IMG/VR virus record: IMGVR_UViG_3300025602_000002
Coordinates: 38,718-102,717 of that record
Reading direction: 5' to 3' (one strand)
Source of the DNA: a virus
Lineage: Duplodnaviria; Heunggongvirae; Uroviricota; Caudoviricetes
Length of the DNA: 64,000 nucleotides
In this document: positions 45,344-55,996 of the stretch, in pieces
Numbering within the stretch: position 1 is the first letter of the stretch
How the letters are laid out: each line of letters starts with the position of its first letter
Notes under the pieces: generated by a model
Database searches by the model: none
Seen by the model: only the letters and a program-made list of their open reading frames with translations
Told to the model about the DNA's origin: nothing
Position numbers and translations under genes: made by a program

Positions 45344-45541
45344 CTATTTGGCCTCTTCTAACGAAAGGACTCTATATTTCTTAATTATTCTTTTTAATTT
45401 TAATAAACTACTTCGAGCCATTTTGGCATATCTAACTTGCCATGTTTTGGCATATAATTGGTGAGCATTGCGAAAATTTGAAAATTCAATCGCTACGCTT
45501 TCATACGCTTCATTTAAATCACTAATTATTTCTTTATCCAT
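45344..45541 (-). CDS. Small basic protein (Hc1/histone H1-like family resemblance)
   Basis: AKMARSSLLKLKRIIKKYRVLS pattern. Confidence 0.45.
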   Translation of the reverse strand: MDKEIISDLNEAYESVAIEFSNFRNAHQLYAKTWQVRYAKMARSSLLKLKRIIKKYRVLSLEEAK

Positions 45542-46238
45542 TGCGTATATTGGTTATTGACGATCTCCAGCATTTTGAACAATAAGAGCAACTTTCTTTA
45601 TGCGCTAAAACCCCACTATCACATGGGCATTGTTCTTTAATTAATCTGGATTTCGCTCTTTCTTTTTGTTTTTTGGATATATTGAAAAAGACATTGAACG
45701 GTTCGGTTACTTCGTTAAATTCATCCGCCATTCCTGTATAGCAAAAGCCTATTCTATCTTTTCCAAATAATTTTCCTAATTTTATGTAGTTTTGAAGATT
45801 TGCATTATCAAAACTTAATAGAATTTTTGTAACGTTTTGTGTTTTTAAGAGCTGACTTATATAAGTATAATATTCAGGTTTTGTTAAATTTTTGGATATG
45901 ATAAAAAATTTAAAATCTAAATTTTGAATGAATTCCAAATGTTTTGGTTTAAAATCTCCTGATCCGTATAATCTTACGGGCATTTTTCCTAATCTTTTAT
46001 AAGATTTAGCTTTGCTTTTTGTCAGTTTTGTGTATTCAGTGTTCAGTTGCTGGGCGAACCCTTGTGGGTTTTCAGTTGCCCATTGTGCGTTTCTCGTGAT
46101 TTTATTGAGATAAGCAGAATAAATTCTTTCCATATTTTCGACATAACAGTATTCACATTTCTGTTCACATGTGAAATCTCTGTTAAAATCAACTGAAAGG
46201 ATTGTTTTGCTATTCTCTGTAAACGCACGCAACTGCAT
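45534..46238 (-). CDS. Radical-SAM-like / phage Gp88-like Fe-S protein
   Basis: CEQKCEYC (CxxxCxxC), VRLYGSGDF, C-terminal CPC...CSYCSKC. Confidence 0.65.
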   Translation of the reverse strand: MQLRAFTENSKTILSVDFNRDFTCEQKCEYCYVENMERIYSAYLNKITRNAQWATENPQGFAQQLNTEYTKLTKSKAKSYKRLGKMPVRLYGSGDFKPKHLEFIQNLDFKFFIISKNLTKPEYYTYISQLLKTQNVTKILLSFDNANLQNYIKLGKLFGKDRIGFCYTGMADEFNEVTEPFNVFFNISKKQKERAKSRLIKEQCPCDSGVLAHKESCSYCSKCWRSSITNIRNG

Positions 46239-46251
46239 AGGCTACTGTGGT

Positions 46252-46488
46252 TTAGAATACAGCGTGGCTCTCGTTGGTGTACTTCATATCTATACCCTTC
46301 ATATAATGTTCATGGGTGATTCCTACGATTGACCTCAATCTTGAATCTCTAATTTTCCTTGATATATCCAGGGCGTATATTATGCCGTCAACTGCCGGGT
46401 CTGCCGGTACTTTGACATATAATATCCTGTTGGTACTTTTTTTCTTTCCGGTCTCTAAAACTATCTTGTAATGTTTATATTTTCTCAT
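46252..46488 (-). CDS. Hypothetical protein
   Basis: 78-aa ORF in the operon. Confidence 0.55.
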   Translation of the reverse strand: MRKYKHYKIVLETGKKKSTNRILYVKVPADPAVDGIIYALDISRKIRDSRLRSIVGITHEHYMKGIDMKYTNESHAVF

Positions 46489-46638
46489 TATTAACTGTCA
46501 CTTGAGTTGTCGCTAGGTTCTTCGGTTGTCAAATCAATAACTTTGGTTTCTGCTAATAGGATTGCAATTTTTGCAAAAGCTATTATTAGCATCAGTCCAA
46601 TTGTTTTGCCTAGCTTGACGTCCATTTCTTTTAGTGCC

Positions 46639-47529
46639 TCATACTACATTCATTTTAGCTATTTCATCTATAAATTTTTGCCCTTGTTCAGGATTTAAAA
46701 ATCTAATCCATTCGGCATAACCTCTTAATTGCTGGTATTCCCTTTCTGTTATGTCGACGTTTCGTTTTTGATGTAAAATAGCTCTAAATATTTTTCGTTT
46801 ATATTTTGGAATACCGTATTTGTCGTTTATTACGATTCCAGTTACTGACATCCGTCTATGCGGCCTCATAATTCTAGTCTTTTTGTAATTTAGTTTAAAA
46901 TGATATTTTTGTACCATTTTGGTAATTTCTATTATATGATCCAAAAGCGGATAGCGTTTGGAGAGATGACTAAAACTAATATCGTCAGCGTATCTAGTAA
47001 CTATTAGTTTATTTTGTTTTGCAAAGTCTTGTAAATCTATATCCATTTTGTAACATACTAAATTAGCCATAGCCGGACTCGTAGGAGATCCTTGCGGTAA
47101 TGCCCCATTTAGCGTAATTAAAGACGTAAGTAGTCTTGCGTCTGCTTCATCCCATTCAAGGGTGTGTTGGTTATTATAACTATGAAGCCTCTTAATCATT
47201 TCAGGTAAAACCATGCTAGCTGTTACAGAATCGAAAAAACCTCTTAAATCTATATTTAATAAAGTCTTATTTCCAAAATGTCGTTTAGCACCTTCTTTTA
47301 CGCTGATATTACGTCTAAACCCTACCGCTATCGGGTGGGTCTTAAATTTATATAAGAAATTATTTAAAAACTTTGTTTGAACTTGTTTTAAAGCCTCAGA
47401 CGGCTCATTAAGCCACCTTAATTTTCCAGACTTTTTTGTAATCGGGAACCTTCTATACTGCTTTATTTTAGTAGTTACTAATTGTTCTATTTCAGTTTTT
47501 GGTGTTTCTATTAATTCGTAAATTGTCAT
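46639..47529 (-). CDS. Retron-type reverse transcriptase
   Basis: KKSGKLRW...P, GFRRN...GAKRH (region X-like), IDLRGFFDSV, LPQGSPTSP, TRYADDISFS, VTG (region Y). Ends at TGA. Confidence 0.85.
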   Translation of the reverse strand: MTIYELIETPKTEIEQLVTTKIKQYRRFPITKKSGKLRWLNEPSEALKQVQTKFLNNFLYKFKTHPIAVGFRRNISVKEGAKRHFGNKTLLNIDLRGFFDSVTASMVLPEMIKRLHSYNNQHTLEWDEADARLLTSLITLNGALPQGSPTSPAMANLVCYKMDIDLQDFAKQNKLIVTRYADDISFSHLSKRYPLLDHIIEITKMVQKYHFKLNYKKTRIMRPHRRMSVTGIVINDKYGIPKYKRKIFRAILHQKRNVDITEREYQQLRGYAEWIRFLNPEQGQKFIDEIAKMNVV

Positions 47530-47858
47530 TTGTTAAAAAGATTATATTGCCTTAATAAAGCGTCTGCGTCCTCTTCAAGAGATACACAATACTTACTAAG
47601 AACTTCTAGTAAATCATTTTCTGTTATCATACTGGAGGGGGTAAGTCCTAAATGTATAATTTTTAATTCTGGAACATTGCTATGAAATGTATAAAATATA
47701 GTATAAACCATATTAAATGCATTCTTTTTCACTGCAATATCTATTTTTGTTATAAATTTAGTATTTAAATGTACACAGGCCCCGTCCTTAGTTAGATTCG
47801 GTAGATGAGGACTTATCTTCTCCATCATTTGAATCTTTAATTGTTTCGTTGTCTTCAT
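47526..47858 (-). CDS. Hypothetical protein upstream of the RT
   Basis: 110 aa; TGA stop overlaps the RT ATG (ATGA). Confidence 0.6.
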   Translation of the reverse strand: MKTTKQLKIQMMEKISPHLPNLTKDGACVHLNTKFITKIDIAVKKNAFNMVYTIFYTFHSNVPELKIIHLGLTPSSMITENDLLEVLSKYCVSLEEDADALLRQYNLFNK

Positions 47859-47946
47859 CGTTGTATACTAGTTCTATTGTTAATTCAGTTATATCTTGTA
47901 CCGTTTTCGTAATCAGTTTTTTAATACGTTCTTTCTTCTCATTCAT
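47788..47946 (-). CDS. Small acidic hypothetical protein (52 aa)
   Basis: MNEKKERIKKLITK...; not in the track. Confidence 0.4.
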   Translation of the reverse strand: MNEKKERIKKLITKTVQDITELTIELVYNDEDNETIKDSNDGEDKSSSTESN

Positions 47947-47977
47947 TTTATTTCTTTTGATTACAATAACTTAATGT

Positions 47978-48012
47978 AAAAAAGAAATCAAGCGATGTTG
48001 ACTTCTTTTTTT
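47978..48012. terminator. Bidirectional terminator-like hairpin
   Basis: A6-GAAATCAA-gcgatg-TTGACTTC-T7. Confidence 0.6.
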
Positions 48013-48193
48013 ATAGCGTGTATTTTTTTTATTTTATTTAGTCTTTTGGTGGAGTAAATATTTCGTCATTTGCGTTCTCATTCTCTCCATCTGTAATTCT
48101 TTTTCTTGCATTAAAAAATATCAAGCTCTTGAATATATAAATTGGGATGAACATTTTGCTCAAACCTCCCTTGACTCTTAACCTACTTTGCTT

Positions 48194-48202
48194 TATATTT
48201 AA
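48194..48202 (+). promoter_or_regulatory. Candidate phage promoter TATATTTAA upstream of the RNAP gene
   Basis: TTGCTTTATATTTAA 68 nt before ATG 48270. Confidence 0.45.
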
Positions 48203-48242
48203 AGACAAAGTTTAAAATGCAGATAGGTTCTTCATCTAACTT

Positions 48243-48251
48243 CTTATACCA
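48243..48251 (-). promoter_or_regulatory. Extended -10-like promoter TGGTATAAG for the RT operon
   Basis: Identical to 5322-5330, same TTTT(T/A)TGGTATAAGAA context. Confidence 0.5.
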
Positions 48252-48269
48252 TAAAAATTTAAAAACAAT

Positions 48270-51200
48270 ATGGCAGATTTATTAAATTACAACAAACAGA
48301 ACTCAAATATCCAACAGGCTATCCTAAAGTCTATAAATAACGTTTTTCCAGTCACCGCCGGTGATAGAACTCTAGAAATAGCTAATTTAAAAATAGTTGA
48401 CAATCTTAGTTCTGACGATTTCCCTAAACAGAAAGAGTTAAAAATCAATAGGCGTAGCTGACAAATACCTTTATACGCTGATATACTTTTAAAAGATAGC
48501 ACTGGAAAAGTTATTAACCAAAAAAAGAATGCTAAGATAGGAAATATCCCTAAATTAACAAATAGGTTTACTACTATTATTGAAGGAAATGAATACCAAA
48601 CCGTTAATCAACTTCGAAGAAAGCCGGGTATATATGCTCGTATTAAGAAGAATGGTGAGTTAGAAAATGAATTCAATTTAGAAAAAGGTCTTAATTTTAA
48701 AATGCAATTAGATCCTATTTCTGAAAAATTTGTAGTTATTTTCGATAATAGAAAATATAGACTCTGAACTTTATTAAATTTATTAGGTGTAGGCGATGAG
48801 GCTATGCGTAAGGTTTGGGGTACCAAACTATTAGAAGTTAATAAGAAGAATGCTCTCAACACAGAAATTTCTGAAATGACTTCTATTTTCACTAAAATTT
48901 ATCATAGAGATCCTAAAGACTACTCAGAAGTTCTTACCAAATTAAAAGACTATTTTGAAAACTTCACTAAAGTAGACCCCAACACTACCCTCTTAACTTT
49001 GGGTCGAAAACACTCTAATGTTAATGGACAAGCTTTACTAGACTCTTCTAAGAAATTATTAGATATTAATAAAGGTACAGCAGAACCAGATGACAGAGAT
49101 AGTTTAGTTTTTAAACAAATTTTATCAGTAGATGACTTACTTATTAATCATTTTGATAAACAAAAAGACTCTCTTACTAAAAAATTACGATCATCTATGA
49201 TGTTCAAAGATCAAGTACGAGAAATAGTAAGTGCTGGTACTTTTTCAAAACCTATTAAACTATTTTTTACTACTGGCGATTTAAGCTCAACTCCTCCACA
49301 AACAAATCCTGTAGCTATTGTATCCGAATGAAGAAAAACCTCTCCTATGGGTACTGGTGGAATAAAAAGTAAGCACTCAATTACTGAAGAAACTAGGGAT
49401 GTACAGCCTACACACTTAGGGTTTATAGACTCTACAGCTTCTCCAGAAGGTTCAAAAATTGGAGTAACTTTAGGAATGACCTCTGAGGTTGTTAAAGAAG
49501 GTAATGAGCTGAAATCTCCAGTATATAATACTTCTGGTAAACTAGTATATATTAGTCCTTTAGAATTCTTTGAAAGTTATGTAGTGTACCCAGATCAATA
49601 TGAAATATCTGGCTCTACTATTACTCCTAAATTTAAGTCAATACACGCAATGTATAAGGGTGAACTTATACGTATTGCCCCAAGTAAGGCTAATTATTAT
49701 ATAAGGTCTCCAAGATCAATGTTTTCTTTTGCCGCTAATGCTATTCCATTTTTAGACGCAGTTCAGGGTAATAGAAGTGCTACTGGTGCTCGTATGATGA
49801 CTCAAGCTATGGCTTTAGATAATAAAGAAGCTCCTTTAGTACAAACCTATAGAGATAAAGATTCTACTTATGAAAAGATTCTTGGTAATTTTCTTAATCC
49901 AGTATACGGACCTAATTTAAAAGGGAAACCTCGTACTGGAACAGTTAGTAAAATTACTAAAGATTATATTTATATCATTGGAAAAGATGGATCTAAAACT
50001 AAAAAAGGTTTATATAACAATTTCCCATTAAATCAAGATGGTTATTTAGATTCTACTCCTTTAGTAAACGTGGGAGATGAGGTTAATAGTAAAACTATAT
50101 TAGCTGAAAATAATTATTCCAGTGGAGATACCCTGTCTATAGGAAAAAATTTAACTACAGCCTATATGACTTATAAGGGTTATAATTATGAAGATGGCGC
50201 TGTAATTACAGAATCAGCTGCTAATAAACTTTCTCATTCTATGCTCCATAAAGTAAATGTATTTTTTACTCCTAAATTATCTGCATTTAGTTTAGAAAAA
50301 TTTAGTGCCTGGTACCCAGACGCTATAACCCCAGATAATAGAAAAAAATTAGATAGCTCTGGTATTATTAAGGTAGGAGAAACAGTTAATCCAGAAGATG
50401 TATTAATTGCATTTTTAGTTAAGCGTGAAATGGACGACCATGAGGTAGCTTTACATAAATTAAGTAAATATACTTTTGGACAATTTAATAAAAATTTAAC
50501 TGAATGGTCTGAAGATGAGCCGGGAGTGGTAACTGATGTAGTTAAGACTGGTAGAAACATAGATATTTATGTTAAATCTACCCATCCTTTTAAAGAAGGT
50601 GATAAACTTTCTGGGCGTTATGGTAATAAATCTATTGTTACTAAAATTATTCCAGACGCAGATGCCCCTCATAGAGAGGATGGTACCCCTATTGACATAA
50701 TGTTAAATGCTCATGGAGTTCCTTCTCGTATGAACATTGGTCAAATTTTAGAGACGGCAGCTGGTAAAATTGCTAAAAAAACTGGTAAACCTTATATTGT
50801 TAAGAATTTTAATAATCCAGAAGGTGACAGATCTGCAGAAGTTTTAGCAGAAATGAAAGAACTTGGTATAGAACCTGATGAAACTTTAACAGATGGTAAA
50901 ACTGGCAAAGCTTTTGATAATCAAATTTTTGTAGGACAACAGTATTTTTTCAAACTTCGACATATAGTCAACAAAAAATTAGGGGCTCATGGTATCGGCC
51001 AATATGATATAGACGAACAGCCTGTAGGAAAGGGTTCACAGCATGTAGGGATTTTAGATAATTATGCATATCTGGCCCACGGAGCAAAAGCCAATTTACG
51101 AGATATTGGAGAGATTAAAGGAAGGTCTAACGATGAATACTGAAGAGACCTACAATTGGGACTGCCGCCTAGTAAGCCTTCTAGAAACTTTGTATTTGAA

Positions 51201-54200
51201 AAGCTAACAACCTATATTCAAGGTCTAGGTGTTAATGTTACTAAAAAAGGTAATAAACTACAAATTTTACCATTAACTGACAAAGATGTTACTAAGCTGT
51301 CTAATGGCGCATTAGAAAAGCCAGGAACTATGTTAGTTGGTAAAAATTTAATGACTAGAGCCGGTGGATTATTCGATGAAAAGATTACTGGTGGAATTAG
51401 CGGCACGTTATGGTCTCATATTAATTTAGCAACTAATTTACCTAATCCTATGTTTGCTCCTGCAATTACTAAAATATTAGGTATTACTGACAAGAAATAT
51501 AGCGACATTATAGATGGGAAATTAAAGCTAAAAGGTAAGTCTGGAATTCCGGCTATTATCTCTGCTTTAGAAGCCTATGATGTTGACGCTGAGCTTGTTA
51601 AGGCTACAGCAGCTTTAAAAACTGCCCCTGTATCCTCGGTGAATAGTTTAAATACTAAGGTTAGGTATCTACAAAATTTAAGTAGAATGAAATTAAACCC
51701 AAAAGAAGCCTATACTATTACTAAAATACCAATATTACCTCCTAAATTTAGACCTATCTATTCTTTACCTACTGGTGATTTAATGACTAGCGATATCAAT
51801 AAACATTATAGAGATATTGGGGTTATAAACACAGCTTTAAAAAGTACTAAAGATATTATAGGCGCAGATGAGGTTTTAAGAGCTAATAGATCATTGTATG
51901 ATTCTGTAAGAGCTATGCAAGGTTTTATAGAACCTATAACCTATGGCGGTGAAAAGTATAAAGGGATTTTAGAAGAAATAGGAGAAAGTAAAAAAGGCTT
52001 AATACAAGGAAAATCCTGGGGCAAGCGTCAAGACTTAAGTGCTCGAAGTACTATCATTGTTGACCCCGATTTAGGTCTAAATGAGGTAGGTACTCCATTT
52101 AAAATAGCTTATTCTATTTATAAACCTTTTATTATAAAGAATTTAAAGGAATTTGGATTAAAAGCTACAGCCGCAGTAAGGGAATACAAAGATGAAACTG
52201 ATTTAGCAAAATCAGCTCTCGTTGATGAAATGAAACGTAGACCCGTAATTATGAACAGAGCTCCTACACTTCATAAGCATGGAGTTCAAGCTTTTAAACC
52301 TCAATTAGTAGATGGTAAATCTATTAGAATGAATCCTCTTGTTATGAGAGGTTTCAACGCTGATTTTGACGGCGATACTATGTCTGTAATGGTACCTGTT
52401 TCTGCTGAATCTGTAGAGGAAGCTAAAAACATGATGCCTAGCAAGATCTTATTTAAGCATGGAGATAACTCTATTGTTCCAGAGATTAGTAAAGAATATG
52501 TTTTTGGAATACACCAGCTAAGTCTTATTAAAGAAAAATCTAAAGAATCTTTTAAATCTATTTCTGACGCTAAAAAAGCCAAAATTCCATGGACTACTCA
52601 GTTTGATCTTAACGGTACAAAAGTGACTATAGGGCAGTTTTATATTAATTCTGAATTACCTGAAAAATTAAGGGATTACGAACGAGTATTAACTGCTAAA
52701 GTGTCTGAAAAACTTTTAACCACTATCGCAACTACTTACCCTAATTATTTTACAGATGTAATTAATTCTTGGAAATCTTTAGGAGCTATGCAGGCCACTT
52801 TACATGGCAATACCTTATCATTAAATGACTTTGTAATAGATAGAGCCTATAGAGATGATCTTTTAAAAGAAAAACTTCCTGCAATTAATAAATTAAAAGG
52901 GCAGACTAGAATTGACTCTTTAAACAAATTAACTATAGAAGTTCAAAAAGCTCAGGATAAAAGTGTACGGGGTAGAAATAACATCTACGACATGTTGGAT
53001 TCAGGCTCATTTGGTAAAACTGATTCTGTACGACAAATTTTATCTATGCCTGGGGTTCTAATGGACACCAAAGGCCGTCCTATCCCCTATCCTGTGTTAA
53101 AATCGTATGGAGAGGGTTTAGATACCCCTTCTTATTTTGCGTCCTTATATGGAGTTCGTAAAGGTAATATTGACAGGTCCGTAAATACAGAGCAATCTGG
53201 TGCTTTAAACAAAGCGTTATTAAACATTAATAGACGTTTGTTAATAACTGTAGAAGATTGTAATACTCGTAAAGGTTTAGAAATTGGCGTAAATGACAAG
53301 AATGTTATAGATCGCATGTTACTTAACTCTGTATCGGGTGTGGGGAAAAGAAATGACATTGTAGATTCAAATGTTTTATTAAGAGCTAAAAAGGATAAAT
53401 TAAAAACTCTATGGGTTAGATCGCCATTAACTTGCGAAGCAGTTGAAGGGATTTGTCAAGCCTGTTATGGGTTAATGCCTAATGGAAAATTATCTGTATT
53501 AGGAGAAGCGGTAGGAGTATTAGACGGACAGGCCATTACCGAAAGATCTACACAATTAGTTATGCAAACTTTCCATACAGGGGGAACTGCCTTAGGTGGC
53601 GGTGGTGGTGGTGCTGTAACTGGTTTCCCACGTTTAAAACAATTATTTTTTGTACCTCAAAAATTAAGTGGAAAAGCTACGTTATCTACTGTAAAGGGGA
53701 CTATAAAATCTATTAAGAAAAATCTTACTGGAGGGTACTCCGTTAGGATAGAGGGTTATGGGGAAAAGAATGATAAAACCTTTACTATACCTTCCGGTAG
53801 ACTGCCTATTGTAACAGAAGGAGTTAAAATAGGAATTGGAGACGCCATATCTGATGGAATTATAAAACCTCAGGAACTTGGAGAATTAAAGGATCACTTA
53901 TCAGCTCAGAAGTATTTAGTAGAAGAAGCTTCAAAAGTTTATGGGGGAAAATTCTTTAATAAAACATTTGAAACCGTAATTCGTGGAATTAGTGATAATG
54001 CCCAAATTACAGTAGCTCCTGAGGGTAGCGGATTCCTAAGAGGAGATAGAACTACTATAAGTTATTTAAACGCTCTAAACAAAGATAGAAAAAAAGAAAA
54101 ACTTCCATTAATCGAATATGACGCATATTTTAAATCAATAGACTCATTAAATGCTGATAGCGACGATTGGTTAACTAGAGTTAGTGCGAACAGAGTAAAA

Positions 54201-54329
54201 CGGGGCTTAACTGTAGGAGCTGCAAAAGGCTTATGAGCTAACATTCGAGGTAAAGACCCTGTACCAGCGTTCATTTATGGAGATAACTTTGGTAAAAACA
54301 CTAATTATCAAAAGGGGGAATTCTTTTAA
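48270..54329 (+). CDS. rpoBC: Fused beta/beta-prime multisubunit-type RNA polymerase, 2019 aa, 5 in-frame TGA
   Basis: Four track ORFs share one frame. Beta motifs GDKLSGRYGNK, GVPSRMNIGQILE; beta-prime motifs GKRQDLSARS, NRAPTLHK, FNADFDGDTM, TQLVMQTFHTGG; TAA at 54327. Confidence 0.92.
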
Positions 54330-54332
54330 TAA

Positions 54333-54824
54333 ATGCCCTTTTTTAAAAAGGCAGATAACCCTATAGTCGTTTGACGACAATATGAATTTAATGCTGAGGC
54401 CTTAGATGGCCGTATTATATTAATTTCAAATGAGGAGCCTTGCGCCCTTATATCCCACCACCCTAATAAACAATGGGGGTACAATATTGGTACTATAAAA
54501 TTAGTTAGTGCTGGAGAAGGTTGGCCTGAGGTAGAACGATTAGGTCATGCTAAAGAGCTACCTAATGTGTTTTACGAACTTGTACCTAAAAATGAATACC
54601 AAACCTATCTAAAAATACATCCAGAATATAAAGATAATTTAGAAACTGCCTCTGAACCAAAGGTAGTTCCTCCGATCAAACAGCCGAAACCTACAATTAT
54701 AGATATACCAAAAATAAAAAAAGAGGTTCCGGGACTTACCAAAAAACGATTAACTAAAACACGCTTAGCGAAAGATTCGGAAGCTCCAATATATACATAT
54801 AAGACTCCCGGACAACGTTTCTAA
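54333..54824 (+). CDS. Hypothetical protein, 163 aa, 1 in-frame TGA
   Basis: ATG 54333 in frame with track ORF 54567. Confidence 0.55.
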
Positions 54825-54833
54825 GGAGGCTCA

Positions 54834-55556
54834 ATGCAACACAACTCTCAAGACTGTAGTAATAAACACCAAGCATTACGACAATTGCACCATTTATTTT
54901 TTTCTTCAAAATCTTCTCCTGTAAAATTAGGGGATTTGAAATTTTTAACTAAAGCTCAGGAAAAATTTTATAAAGCTATGGAGAAGAAAACAATAATTTT
55001 CTCAAAAGGTCCTGCAGGTACAGGTAAGACTCATTTATCAGTGCACTTCGCTTTAAAACAATTAGCAGATAAAGAATCTCCTGTCGATGGAATAGTAATT
55101 TGTAAACCTTTAATTTGCGTAGATAATGAAAAATTCGGATGATTAAAGGGGGGTATGAAAGAGAAAACTGATCCTTTTATGAACCCATATTGGCAAAAGT
55201 TTGAAAAAATAATTGGGAAACAAATAACAGATATTTTGGAAACCACTGGTATTATTAATATTGTGGTACCAGCTTTTTTAAGAGGTATGGAATTTGAAAA
55301 CAAAGTAGTTTTATATGACGAATCCCAGAATTCCTCTTGTACAGCTATGAAGACCTTTTTAACTAGATTAGGAAGAGATTCTAAAATGATTATAACTGGA
55401 GATCCAAAGCAAAGTGATAAGGATGATATCAGCGGTTTAGAAGACGCCATGGCACGTCTATCCAAAATAAAAGATATTACTACTGCAAACTTTACCAGGG
55501 AGGATATTGTTAGGCACGGCTTGATACGAGAGATATTAGACTGTTACGAAGACTAA
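54834..55556 (+). CDS. phoH: PhoH-family ATPase, 240 aa, 1 in-frame TGA
   Basis: GPAGTGKT; EKFG(TGA)LKG at the LGFLPG motif; FLRG, DESQN, FLTRLG, GDPKQSD. Confidence 0.92.
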
Positions 55557-55578
55557 GAAATTAATGTAAAAAGGAAAG

Positions 55579-55608
55579 TAGGCGGGGATGTAACCCGCCT
55601 ATTTTTTT
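55579..55608 (+). terminator. Rho-independent terminator
   Basis: TAGGCGGG-gatgtaa-CCCGCCTA followed by T7. Confidence 0.85.
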
Positions 55609-55613
55609 AGTTT

Positions 55614-55982
55614 TTAGTCGAGCGTTACATGCGCGAATATTGACTCCGGAGGTGTACTAAAATACTTTAATAGCGCTGGGCATAACCAGAAAGTCATTCC
55701 AGTAGTTGCTTCCTCATACCAAGTTCCCATTGGAAATTCATCCTCTTCCATTCTTGTAGCCTCCACAACACTGTCAGGGTATTTGATTCCGCTAAAGAAT
55801 AAGTTGAAACCAGTACGAACATCTTCTGGATGCCCTCCAGCCATAGTTATTAGGGCATCAATCATTTCTGGAGCCCCGGATACGAATGGTTCTCGTAATA
55901 GGCCTACGGCCTCATCATCGAAGACCCAGGTGCCCATATCCCAGTAAGGTCTTATAACCATTATTGAATTTTCTGTTGTCAT
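55614..55982 (-). CDS. DUF6717-like protein
   Basis: NSIMVIRPY...WVFDD...LLREPFVSGA pattern (from memory). Confidence 0.55.
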   Translation of the reverse strand: MTTENSIMVIRPYWDMGTWVFDDEAVGLLREPFVSGAPEMIDALITMAGGHPEDVRTGFNLFFSGIKYPDSVVEATRMEEDEFPMGTWYEEATTGMTFWLCPALLKYFSTPPESIFAHVTLD

Positions 55983-55996
55983 ATTATTCCTTTTTT

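Noticed and set aside
46639-47529. RT as DGR or group II intron RT
   Set aside because: Has YADD, PQGSPTSP and VTG rather than the DGR PIG..SQ pattern; no maturase domain; only 296 aa; no TR/VR pair seen.
51141-51143. TGA as the natural stop separating beta from beta-prime
   Set aside because: The beta C-terminal-like motif lies downstream of this TGA and is continuous with beta-prime, so the codon is internal to beta.
6198-55556. TGA as Sec (selenoproteins) or Gly (table 25)
   Set aside because: Contexts are conserved Trp/aromatic positions rather than catalytic Cys or Gly positions; up to 15 per gene in structural proteins; no SECIS pattern noticed.
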